DNA of 63,380 nucleotides, counting the filler, from Choristocarpus tenellus KU-1152 (Eukaryota > Protista > Phaeophyceae), in the NCBI GenBank assembly GCA_964200185.2. It is 5 parts of 5 records of this genome, joined end to end, with 100 filler letters (N's around TTAATTAATTAA, not from the genome) between each part and the next. Parts side by side here need not be neighbours in the genome. Positions count along the whole stretch, not along the records: positions 49,303 to 56,963 come from CAXNAD020005796.1; positions 57,064 to 63,380 come from CAXNAD020008403.1; 3 more parts are not named here. One strand, given 5' to 3'. Below, piece by piece: positions 51,957-63,380 of this stretch (within the stretch, counting starts at the first letter, position 1; every line of letters begins with the position of its first letter). A program made the translations under genes and the position numbers. Under the pieces are notes generated by a model. That model made no database searches. It worked only from the letters and a program-made list of their open reading frames with translations, and had not been told where the DNA came from.

Positions 51957-54900
51957 TCGTCGGTTGTTAGGTCCCTGCTGATTTACTTCATAGGATGCCT
52001 CCTCGTACAGTCATCTTCTGGAGAACTTGTGAGTGAATCCTGGAGAGAGACCTCAAATCACGGTACCCAGTCTGCTGAAAATGAGGGGACTGAACCAGTG
52101 TATCCTGTGTTCCCCTTCGAGGCCCATGCCGAGCCGTACATCTTTTCCAGTGTCTACATGAAAAACTATACCACAGACCCTGTCGGATGCAGAAGCGGGG
52201 CGACAGGATTCTACCAGTGGAGGAGAGGAGGCTGGGCCAGCAATATAAACTGTGTGAGAGATAGCCATTGTAGAGGTCAAGTCAATATGATATTGAGTGT
52301 TTCGAGATGTAGAACTCTGCAAGAGTGGGTAAATGAACTGGGAGCAATGCGTTGTATATTCACTTTCTTGTACTTATCAGGACAACTCACACTCAGCTGA
52401 GCTAAGCTCACTGAATTCTCTTTCAGATCCTTGATATTTCATTTTGGTATCCGTCTACCACCTCGCAGGATGCGTTCTGGCTCAAAGTATCTGGGGGGGG
52501 GGTGGCGGCTGTCCATTCGTGGTCAATTTTTTCATGTCGCGATTTTTGGTGATTTGGGTGCATACGTCGGATGGATGATATAAGTACACTTTTCCTGACT
52601 TTGCCCTAAATAAATTTGGACACCCTGGTGTAGACCCCTCCCCCCCCGAGATTCTTTGGATCTTCTACTTCGTTTCCATCATTTTGTTCTTGGTCCCACC
52701 TCCCATAGTACAGTGAATAGCATGAAAGCAATTGTGCTTCTCGTGATAACAATGCAACCATGTACTGCGACACATCTATTTGGACAACAAATCATGTATT
52801 CGAAAACGGTGTACTGATGGTCTTCTCACCATGCATACACCGCACAGATATGATGATGGGTTGGGTAAATGGTGCACTTTACTACGGGCTAGATCATATG
52901 GCAATTATTGATGGAGGCATTATGGACCAGGTGAACTGCGAGGAGAACATCCTGGCTGGGGAATGGGCAACCAATGTTACAACTCTAGAAGACTACACAG
53001 CCAAATCAGAAACTCCTAGTTCCAGCGTCAAGGCCTTCGGAATATACTGCTTCATCAAGCCACTAGCTCCACACATGTGCATATTCCGCACAATTGATGT
53101 GAGAGATGCATAATTTGACGTGGTATTACTTGTGAATCGAGGAGTGTCTTTGTTATTGCTCCCCTTCAACGTATGTTTCCATTGTTTTACTGCGGAGATG
53201 AGACCAAGCATTTCGCCAGTACTTGTAAGCAACACATCTCCGTTTGATAATATGTCATGTGGGGCAGGCACATTTTAACCTCTTTATTTTTCCTGACTGA
53301 TACAACAGCGATGGGTGTGCAACCAGATCTCTTGGTGTTGAAGTAGACAAAAAAAAAGGCATTGTAACTGTCATACCATCTCTCCCGACTAATGAATCTC
53401 AATATGTCGACAATGATGGCAGCATACTTTTCATGCACCGGCTTCAACTAATATTAAGAGTGATTTATCGTCGTTCGTGCTCAAGGGAAGAATACCCGCC
53501 ACTGCTGCAACAGCTAAAGTTCTAACAGTAGTACGAAATATGCCATTTGACCACATCAGCGCCTGCCTACACTTCTTCAACCCATCAATGAAGGACTACT
53601 TAAGATTCCTAGACGAGATGGGAGCCCCAGAGCAGATGAAGGATGAGACTTTGAGAAAGAATCTCAACCTCATGACTCAACCAGATTGGAATATAGGGAG
53701 GTGGGCAGATCGCACGAGGCCTGGAATAATTGAAGCCAGTGAGGTTAGTATGGTGTTGAATATATGCAATACTAGGCGTAGAAAATTCACGAGGGGTAAT
53801 AAGTCACATATTGTGGGAGAAATTATGTAAGCGTTCATCCTTGATGCCGTTAGTGCATGAGACTGTTTTAGATTAGAAATAATGGAGTGATGAGTAAACA
53901 AGGCTGTGAAGGACTTATGTTATTAGAAAGCAAAGACATTTTTTTTGTGGAGCATTCCATGACAATGCAGATGACGCCAATAACATCGAGCAAGTTGCTA
54001 GGATATCGCATTCAGGGGTGAATTTACATTTGTATCTCATTTCTTGCTATTTCGGTTAGATAATGTGGGCATATTTGTTTTCTGTATTATTTCATCCCTG
54101 GTGTGAAAGTACCTAGGATAAGGGGTGATAATGAAAGAGTTAACACGCCTTGCTTGTATGTTACAGGCGGATAGCGCGAGCATTTCTTCTCATGTTTTAG
54201 CAAACACGAACATTTGTGACAGACGTAGAGTGTGAGGATTGTTTCTCACGTTCTAACAAGCGCGAACAATATACGATATTAGTAATACATAGGTAGCCTT
54301 ACCGAATAAATGATGATTTCATAGAAGATACAGAGTAAGATTCGTAATGCATACATAACATTACAGAAGAAAATGTCAAAGTCCCCAAGAAGTTGCAGAA
54401 GAAAGGGTTATGATTGGAGTACGTGTAGAGCAGTTGTATAGAAGACCAAAGAAATTGGGTGGATGATGAAAATAAATAGAGGAATTTTGGCCAAAGCCAG
54501 CCCACTTGCCATTAGTCCTTACTTATTATCTTGAACGAAACTTTAAGCTGAGCCTTGAGCTAAGCACTGAGTGGAACATCAAGAAGAGACGGACACCTGA
54601 CACCCTACAAACTGTTATCAAGGGCAATGCCCCCAAAGCGTCGTTTTAAGTTTGTTGGATTTGAGTTGTACATCCTGTCGAGGTGAGTTCTGAGGGACGC
54701 CTGTAACATGCACTCCTTGAAGATACTGACACTTAGAGAAGTACAGTAGGGCAATTTTCCAGGAGAACGTAAATACTTTAAAATGAAGTATGATGGCTGC
54801 AGTTGCCACATCTATTAGAGAGGTAGGGAATGCTATCCAAATATAGAACTTTCTCTTGTTGTGCTATTGCGGATGCACAATGTTAAATCTGAGTCAGACT

Positions 54901-56125
54901 GTGAGGGAACTAGTGTTGACAAGTAATTGCCTTTCAATATATGGCATGAATGAAAGAAGTTGTGGTGCAGAGTAACACTGAGGGGCCAGTGCAACACACT
55001 TTGCCCCTGTGGATTCTTGCTGGAAAAATGCATTCTTAGCACCTTGGTAATCAGCATTGTGCCGGGATCTATGAAGTATCAATAGTGCAGTGCATTTTGC
55101 AGAAATGCTTGTTGCCCTCCCATCATCGCTACTATGCTGTTCAATATGTTATATAGGTGATTTTGAGTCATGTGCCAATCATCATCTCAATCTCTTCCTT
55201 ACACAATGCCAATACAGCTATTCTCACACTTCTTTTCTTCCTCTTCCACTTTGTACGTAGGCGTTGTCTGCTCATATTTGGAACAATATGCAACCATGGG
55301 TTCATAGAGATATTCAGTTGGTTCTGGAAAGGATGCCTCTAAGCGTACGTGAGGGCCCATTCATTGGTATACACATCAGACGCGGGGATAAGATACTTGA
55401 GGCTGCACCGGTGGAGACTAAGGTGTACCTAGAAACAGCACTAGCATACATGACTGTGTGCAGTTGTGAAGATGATCTTCCGGAAGGATGTGGCGAGAGA
55501 CGGACACGATCACCTACAGAAATTAGAGCCATATACCTGGCCTCAGATGATAGGGATGTGGAGAAGGAAGTGAGGGAACTAGCCCCAAACTACTTCAAGT
55601 CTGACATAGACATTGTTTTCGCATCAGCAGGGATCAAAGGATTCCAGCTACCTGACGCGACCCCCACCTTTACTAAAGACCAGGTATGTTTGTGGGCACC
55701 ATAAATATAGGATGAACGAACAAATCTGGCAAATTCATCGTGATTTTATCGAGAAATAACTGCGCTGGAAGTAAACCCGTCGACCTACATGTACTCTATT
55801 GTGATTCTCTCCTCACATGTATGTGATTCTTGTTCGTGCAAGTCCACAAGCTCGTGGTCTACAGGTAATGTCCTCTTTGTTCTTGATTCCTCACCTACAA
55901 CGGTTTGACTTTGCTGCCTTGTCCTTACATAATCTCCCCTGAATAACATGACAGACATACTGGACCCAATTGTTCTTCCTTGCGGATGTGAAACAGCTTG
56001 TCAACGCTGACTTGTTTGTGGGGACTTTTTCGAGCAATGTTGGTCGACTAATCTATGTTTTGAGGAAACATGTTTCAGCTATCAGTGTGCCTGAACAGCG
56101 TGGGAGGGACTGGCGTCCATCTTAA
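51957..56125 (+). CDS. Alpha-1,6-fucosyltransferase-like glycosyltransferase (GT23). Exons 51957-52251, 52848-53098, 53594-53743, 55261-55683, 55955-56125; start-codon exon not located
   Basis: GDP-fucose motifs IGIHIRRGDK, IYLASDD and ADVKQLVNADLFVGTFSSNVGRL. Hydrophobic N-terminal segment RSLLIYFIGCLLVQ. Phases are consistent. Confidence 0.88.
52479..52660 (+). mobile_element. MITE-like element in a GT23 intron, same family as 7281-7460
   Basis: Ends ggctcaaagtatctgggggg and cccccccgagattctttgg are imperfect inverted repeats. Internal homology to 7281-7460. Confidence 0.65.
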
Positions 56126-56499
56126 TTTGCGCCACTATCAAAGGCGGGTCCTGGGGGGAGGTTGAAGCGCGATGCCTTAGTATGTTAACACTAGTCATAC
56201 TTCACACCAAATGAGAGTCAAAGTATCTTAGAGGGTAGAGTCGTGTCCATTTGGGACACAAAATCCAATGTTGTGATTGATGAAATTTTGGCTTTGTTTG
56301 TTGGAAAGTGTCAATATTCTTGTTCTGGACACTCATTCTCATAACATCCATTTTACCCACTCCAGAACATTTCGGAGTATTTAAGGTCTCGTAAGAAACA
56401 CGTGGGAAGTCAAACCCCAAATGGATGAACAGGGCAAAACTCGTGCCCTCTAAGATACTTTCGCTCATGAGAGTGCAAATATGGCGAAGGTTGGCATTA

Positions 56500-56963
56500 T
56501 CAGGTCAATCCAATACATGTTGTATGTGTTAAAACATAGGCTCCTCATTTGTTTCTTGTTGATATGATACACATACTACCAGCTTGTACTGACTGTTGAT
56601 TGGTGCACTGCACTGGTTGTTAGTTTTCATTTATTTATTGTGCATTCCAACTCATCATCACATCGATGACATTAGATAGAAGCAGAGCATCAGTTGACAT
56701 TCAGTTGATCCACATCACACACAGGAACATCATAGCACACGTCATCCAAGTTACTTCCGAACTTGCATCAAGTGCGTTCCACTGTTACCTTGTGTTCCTC
56801 TTTCTATTTTTGTTGTTGTTGTCATCTCTGTTCTTCCTTTTTATATGAATAAGACCCCAGATGCACGGTAATTGCTGTTTATTATTTTATTGATTGTCAT
56901 TGTCCCCTCACTGAGCACCTCAAGCTCACTCTGCAAATTGTGTATCAAACACACACATGGATG
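56500..56963. repeat. Diverged copy of the ~713-bp repeat family (matches ~49480-49885, same orientation)
   Basis: Shared blocks ctcatttgttt, tactgactgttgattggt, taattgctg.ttattattt and cactctgcaa. Confidence 0.75.
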
Positions 56964-57063
56964 NNNNNNNNNNNNNNNNNNNNNNNNNNNNNNNNNNNNN
57001 NNNNNNNTTAATTAATTAANNNNNNNNNNNNNNNNNNNNNNNNNNNNNNNNNNNNNNNNNNNN
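56964..57063. other. Artificial contig linker
   Basis: Same 100-bp structure. Confidence 0.97.
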
Positions 57064-59758
57064 CCCCCCTATTTTTCTGGAAGGAGCACACAACAATGAG
57101 TGTTTCTGATGTGTTGACAATTGTATTGTGTTGCATAGTGTCTCACAGATTCTGGTGCAAAATATTGGTATTGTAAGGGATACTGATAATACACAAAATT
57201 TAGGTGGCAGTGTTCTGCTGTTCCCTTAGGGCAGCAGAAAGGTCAGTTACACTTATTTTGTGATCATGGAGGGGAATGCCCCCCCCCATCCCCCCTTTTG
57301 ACTTTTCCGCTAGGAAGGGTGCAGAACCAGTGGGAAGATGAGTTCAAGAAAGCGCTGCTCAGTTGGTTGGGCAAATGTTGCAACAGATTATACTCAAGTG
57401 TGCACATTTTGTATTTCAAGGGATTAGCAAGGGGTACAGATATGAGCAGTCATTTGGGACTATAGTAGAGTCAGTCGGTAGAAGCTATTGCTACTCATCT
57501 TGCATTGGTCAACAACAGATGTGACCATTGCAGATCTTTAAGTTTTGGGAGATGTTTGTTTTGGAAGGTATATGGAGTGAAGCAGGGGGGGGAGGGGGGG
57601 GACAACGCATGTGTTAAAGTGATTGTTTGCTGGAGTCACAACATCAGGTAAGGAGAAGCATGTTCACTATTTCAATGCGACAACTACTGTATTCCACACA
57701 AACACCACATTGTAGAGCTATAGATGGGGTGCAATTTTTGGAAAGGTCTGGAGGTACATCACAAATATACTCTCTCTAGTACAGGCTAGGGATTCCCCAC
57801 AAAACGGGTTTCCTGTCTCAACAGTTAGTTTGATGGCATCTTTTAAAGTTTCTGTTGAGAGAGGTAGGAGAAATTTTTTTACAACATACTCTAATTTGTT
57901 GGAGAGGACTCACTTCTCAAATGAGAATGACCTGCTCAGTGATCACCTCTATCTGATGACCTCAAGACTACGTGTTGAACTACAATTTTTGTCAATTGTA
58001 GCAAATAGGGTGTCTTGTTGCTCAACAATGTTCAAAAAGACTATGCAACCAACTTCAGTTTGGCTTACTTCATCAAAATGAGGTCAAGCAAGGAGTCAAT
58101 TTGACTGACCTCTATATAGTACCCCACTTGATTTGATAACACTCTTCATTATTGACATGAAAAAGCCCCTAAAATGCTAGTAATGGTGGTTGTCTGGGAC
58201 TCCAGTGTGGCAGGTGAAGAACTAAGAAAATTTAAAAATCTTCCATCCCCTGTAAAAATTACAATGCAAAGATAGAAGATGCAATTATTACAGGTGAAAT
58301 GGGAGTGAGCATGTGAAAAAGAGGTCCAAATCTATTGATGGCAACCTACCGCCTACCAACCTGTTGACCACCCTCAAATTTTGCTTGCTTTGTCAGGATA
58401 GCCCTCAGGTTTTAAACTGTATTTGTTTACCCCTTTACGTGTGTGTGGAAATTTTGATGGTTTTATCTTGGACGGACACAAACAAGGAGAGTTGCATGAC
58501 CATGGCTTGGGGAACGGATTCCTCTTAAACAGCATAGACTGGAGGCCCCAGTATCATAGAACACACCCTGGTATTGCTTGTGCTGATGCACAAAATCCGA
58601 AATACTTGAGACTAACAGGTTAAAAAGCATCCAACAGATGAGACAAAATGTTGCAACACCGGTCTTGGCATAAAAAATACGCACGTACTTCAGTAACAAG
58701 GAGATCGTGTAGTGAACATAGCCTGATGATGGGCAAGATTCTATCAACATAAATGCACTAGGCAAGCAGCAACTGCTGTGACGGTACTCCTCATGTGTGG
58801 GGGGAGGGTCACAGAGGAAGGGGGTAAAGCGAAGAGATTCAGGTGCATAAAATGTGCTTGCTTTTCCAGACACAGCATCAACACTCACAACCTTTCACTG
58901 CCACTGTTCCCTCTTACTGTGTTAAGCATGGTCAATCCCTTTTGTGGCGGGTCAGACAGTGCAACAAAAATGAGACCACAATGATATCCTCCGCATCAAC
59001 ATGCTACTCAATGGTGTAGTCTAGTAATGTGAAACCTCTTCTCACTGGTAGTGAGAACCACCACAGTATGGCAACTATGTTGGATAGTGTGGAAACTCCC
59101 ACTGTGATAATGTTCACTGGCTATTGGACTTTGTCTGCACTATTTTCTCCACCTGCAGGAGCCAGCAAAAATTGGACGCACAAAACGGGCATACAAAAAT
59201 AAGTTAGCACAGCATGAACTGCTTTGGGGTGTGTACCTTGGTACCTGCTATTCCTACATTCAAGTACATGGGCACCAACAAACATATCTACTGTGTGATA
59301 ATGTTTTGATTCTCTCCTTCCTTCCCTCCTGTACCAAAAAATCGTGTTAGAACATGAGTTATGGACTTCTAGGCTCGTTCATCTCTCTCATCCGTAGGTT
59401 AAACATTGCTAGAGCGGAACGTGGTGTTGATAGTATAGTATCCTTGTGAGTACGGTTGGGAAGTACTACTGACATTATGGTCCACCATCACACATTGGAG
59501 CTCTGTGAGCACAAACCAGCAACATTGGCAATAGTAAGCACAGCAGTGGACAAGACAAGTGCATTGATTGTCACTCTGCAGGGCTTCATGCAAAATGGTG
59601 AAGGGCTGAAACAAGATCCTCAAAGCGTTTCAGGCAATGTCCTCAACCCTCGGCTTGTACACAGGATACCTCCTGTCATCTTTTAGTTTAACAGTGCAAG
59701 GCCAGGTGCCTGCAAAAGCATGTTCTACCTCACCACTCTTTGTTTTGCTCCTCTCCTT

Positions 59759-61004
59759 TCAAAAGTTATGGGAGGGCGGGGTTGCATTTGTGTCCTTGGC
59801 ACGCACCTCTAGCTTGCGTTCCAATACCTTCCTCCGCCCTCTTGGAGTTGTGGCTGCTTTGTACAGTGCGTTAAAGTCGATCTCTCTTAAGGTGAGGTTT
59901 AGGTGCGACCACTTCCGGCTCGCTATACCAACCCTTCCCCTTGCCATGAATCGCAGCCTTTTTTCAAACTTTCCCTTCGTGACGAATACTTCCCCAATGC
60001 AGAGCTGCTCTGGCTGCAGCTTGTAGCGCATGCTTGCAAGGTTGCATGCATTCTGGGTAGAGGGGACCACGTGCAAAGCATGAACAGAAAGAAGTAAACG
60101 GTGAGAGAAAACTGGTTGGGGAAAGTAGGGGTTGGGCAAATGTGCTGAAGAAGCACCTTTGAAGGAAACATGTGAGGAAACCACTACTTCTTGCTTGCAT
60201 GCGTTCTGGGGAGAGGGGACTACGTGAAGAGCATAGAAAAGAGGGGAATAAATGGTGAGAGCAAACTGAATAGCGAATGTAGAGAATGGGCAATTGTACT
60301 CAAGAAGCATGTTTGAAGCAGGACGCATGTGAGGGACCACCACTTCCTCACGGAAAGGACTACCCTTGTGACTTGCTATAATTTCGACATTAAGACTTGA
60401 GCGCTGTTTAGATTTACAGCTCCATAAGGTAAACCCAGAGTGCGAAAAGCACAGCGCAGAACACGGAATAAATAGAGGGGTTGCCAAAAAAATCAGACTT
60501 CTCGTCGCTCGGTGAAATCTCCTCCAAATACCAAATCACGAACCGTCTTGCAGGCATCAGTACCCCTCGCTTCTCTCTGCGATACTTGGTACGACTCACA
60601 TTTATGATCCTCATCATAGTGACTGAATGCTTTTTCTTGCAGAATTGCATGTTGGCCATTGCGTCCACCACAGTGAGACCTCGAACCGCTTTCGACACCA
60701 AGTTGAGGGTCCATGGGCTAACCCTGATCTCTTTCAGCCTGGTGGAAACCTCTGCCAAATCTTGACTCCTCTCTACGCGCTTTGGTCTCACTGGCTCCCC
60801 TTCCCTAGGAAACTTCTTCTTACCCGCACGACTTCCATGGTTCCGCCCCAGGTGCGGTGGTCTGACTGAAATGGTTGAAAAGCATGTTGAGAGGGTGGGA
60901 ACAAAATGGGAAGCACCAAATCCCAAGCGAGTCCTTGTCCAAGCATTTCCTAAGGTAGGGGATAAGTGCATACAACGTGTGCTCTGCAGTAATGAAGCTG
61001 CCAT
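59759..61004 (-). CDS. MRPL22: Mitochondrial ribosomal protein uL22. Exons 61004-60600 and 60052-59759 (the 3' end could involve a further exon)
   Basis: Arg/Ser-rich presequence-like N-terminus. IRVSPWTLNLVSKAVRGLTVVDAMANMQFCKKK and KRLRFMARGRVGIASRKWSHLNLTLRE. Confidence 0.92.
60040..60346. repeat. ~153-156-bp tandem duplication spanning the uL22 3' splice site
   Basis: Minus strand: gtcccctctccccagAACGCATGCAAG versus gtcccctctacccagAATGCATGCAAC, 153 nt apart. Confidence 0.85.
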
Positions 61005-61534
61005 TGCCCACCTACTACAAACACCCTATTGACCAGTTGCTGAGAAGGGAAGTCCAACATAGGTGTTGGTGATTCTCGCGCAGAACACGCGATGGATACT
61101 TGGATGTAAGTTATTACGAGAGGCATAAGGCTCTGGAGCTCTAGAGCCCTACTAAAAAAGACCAACATCGACAAATTATACTCTCTGTAAACAACTCATT
61201 TTGTTATACATTTGATCACCATAGACCTCGACATACCATTTATGCGTACTGATACATCCAGGTCTGTTCTATAAGCCCTGAGAAGTGAAAAGTGAGTGTG
61301 CGACCACCATCTCACGGCAAAGAAACGACACATAGTTATTTGATTGTGTGCGAAATCGTTAGGCGATTATAACAAAAGTTGAGCCATCTTCCCTGATGGG
61401 TGTTTGTTTGAGAGGGGACTAATCGCTGATCTCTTCACTATTGATACCAAAATACGAAGCTAGTACAGACGTAATAAATGCCCTCGACACGTACCTATTT
61501 TCTTACTCTATTTCCAATTGACAATTCAGACTAG

Positions 61535-62943
61535 ATGGGGCAACATAGCTCCAGGGAGGCCAACAAGGCAAACCAAAATGGACGTAGACGGCGATCAACG
61601 ACTACATTGCCTGTGTTCGTAACTGGCAGTCCCAGCAACGTAGAGGAGAAGTACAACATAAATGTGAGATGAACAGAGTAACAAGAGATAGATCTTCGAC
61701 TTTCTTCGCCCGTAGGGTTCTTTGATGGCACTCTGCCGCCTTGGTAAAGAGCACTATACTATTCCTGCGCATTGTTGCGGATGGTTTGCAACCATGTTCA
61801 ATTGATGAGTTGCGTTGAGGAGCGGCCTCAAATGCACTATTGCGTCTATGGACTATCCTGTGCAGGTTAAACCTCTTGGTCGAGGTCACTACGGCGTGGT
61901 GAGAAAATGCGTGAGTATTGAGACTGGGGAGACACTTGCTCTCAAGACAATACGGAAAGCCCGAGTGTCACGTCTTGCAACCCTCAACAGGGAGATAAAA
62001 ATCCTTCAAACCGTGAACCACCCCAACATCATCCATTTGGTCGACGTCTTCGAAGATGAAAAGAACTTACACCTGGTGAGAGTACCATGGGGGCATGGAG
62101 AGTGCAAGGGAGAACAGTCAATCTAGCAAAGAGGTCTGCAGCAGAGGACTCCCAATATTAACACGGGTGTTGTGAATATATGTTTGAAAGTGATACTGAT
62201 ATTTCTCTTTTGGTGCAAAGGTAAAGACCCCCTGCCTAGCTCTACCTGGTAACATGTTCTGGTGAGTAACCCGGTGGCTTGCTTTGAAGCAGTCAATTTG
62301 TTCCCCAAGTTGGCAAAGGGTAAACGCTAACTGTGAGAAACAGACCATTATTGTGTGTCCTTCATGCCACCAACACAGAACCACGCAAATCGCACTTCGA
62401 CCTTCAGCTGATCTTGGGTGTTGTATATGTATTTAGGCGTCTTGCAGACATCTTGTTATTCTAAAGAGGGCTGAGCAAATGGGGTGCACTGAGAAGTGTG
62501 AAGGAAGTTAACCAAGTGTTGGAGCTCAACCACGGGGCCCCTTTAGATGAAAGCGTAGAATCGCATCCGAACAGGGAAATGGGTGGTGAAAATCCAATAC
62601 GATTCTCCCTGAAATCCTGCTTGTGTTGAAATTCAACATTTGAACATTGAAAAGTTTATTTCAAGAATTATACAGGAGTTCCACAAAGGCGACACAAGTT
62701 GTGGGTCATATTACATTCCTTGTGATGGCAGATGCACTTCCCTTGTCAACCACTCTTTTTCCCTTGTGACCCACATGTTCCCAAGGTGACAGAGCTTTGT
62801 GAGGGAGGTGAGCTCTTTGATCGCATCATTGAGAAAACAGAGTCAGAGGAGGGCCACTACAGTGAGAGGGATGCCGCCCTTCTTGTCTGCAAAATTTTGT
62901 CTGCCATTGCATACTGCCATGATGAGCATAACATCAGTCATAG
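61535..62943 (+). CDS. CAMK/CDPK-type Ser/Thr protein kinase, 5' part. Exons 61535-61663, 61866-62075, 62786-62943; continues past the window
   Basis: MGQHSS myristoylation motif, [41 protein letters not shown] and ISHR. Confidence 0.93.
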
Positions 62944-63380
62944 GTGAACTAGTTTGTTTGTGTTTGTGCGTGTGTGTGTGTGTGTGTGTGTGTATTAGGT
63001 GTATGTATTGAAGTAGTCAGAGCTAGGGGTGGAGGATTATGGAAGGAAAGGGTGTAGAATTGTTTTCTGTTATGCAAGTCATTTAGCTCCTTGAATGGGG
63101 CTGTCATTGTGGGAGACTCCTGTGAACAGGCTGTCTGTAGTACAATGTAGTGCATAATCACAATGAACGGGCCTGCTTTAGTAGTATTGGGAGGAGCCTG
63201 TTGTGTGCAGTTTCGGGTGCTGAGTTTCCATCAACTGTTCTGCTGGGGTTACACTTTTCTTGTATCGCAGCATGCCATCAAATATCATCAGATGGAACGA
63301 TCTGTGGGCTTCTGGATCAGTTGATTCAATGCAATGCCCACAGCACCCCTTCGAAAAGAAATAGACCCCCCCCTCTTTTC

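Noticed and set aside
22677-57063. Four TTAATTAATTAA palindromes within N runs
   Set aside because: Identical 100-bp artificial linkers. Not biological, and they invalidate synteny arguments across them.
58185-58225. WLSGTP resembling SNF2 helicase motif III
   Set aside because: Flanked by stops, with no other helicase motifs.
1-63380. CRISPR arrays, prokaryotic operons, rRNA/tRNA genes, giant-virus genes
   Set aside because: None seen. Most short ORFs in the six-frame track are antisense shadows or non-coding.

Overview
Eukaryotic, intron-rich genomic DNA, not prokaryotic. It is most consistent with a photosynthetic stramenopile such as a brown alga (inferred from TTAGGG motifs, a GT23 fucosyltransferase and gene style). 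The window is five pieces joined by identical 100-bp artificial linkers (44 N + TTAATTAATTAA + 44 N), so adjacency across linkers is not biological evidence. Piece 1 (1-22676): two direct copies of a >=7-kb repeat about 9.1-9.2 kb apart, separated by a decayed plant-type mariner transposase and a MITE, then the 3' exons of TFIIIC subunit 1 (one GC-AG intron, many interstitial telomere motifs). Piece 2 (22777-33749): a spliced, frameshifted chorismate-lyase-like (UbiC/DUF98 fold) gene head-to-head with NAXD. Piece 3 (33850-49202): an intronless F-box/LRR gene head-to-head with intronless WDR74/NSA1, plus six-exon CWC27. Piece 4 (49303-56963): a ~710-bp repeat family, a Ty3/gypsy remnant and a GT23 alpha-1,6-fucosyltransferase-like gene. 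Piece 5 (57064-63380): mitochondrial ribosomal protein uL22, whose 3' splice site is tandemly duplicated in frame, head-to-head with an N-myristoylated CAMK/CDPK-type kinase. Exons were assembled by hand using splice consensus and reading-frame phase. Family calls rest on recognised motifs, not database searches. I found no clear multi-gene novel system. The best candidates for follow-up are the eukaryotic chorismate-lyase-like gene, the large duplicated unit with its unknown spliced ORF, the duplicated uL22 acceptor and the CpG-depletion pattern.
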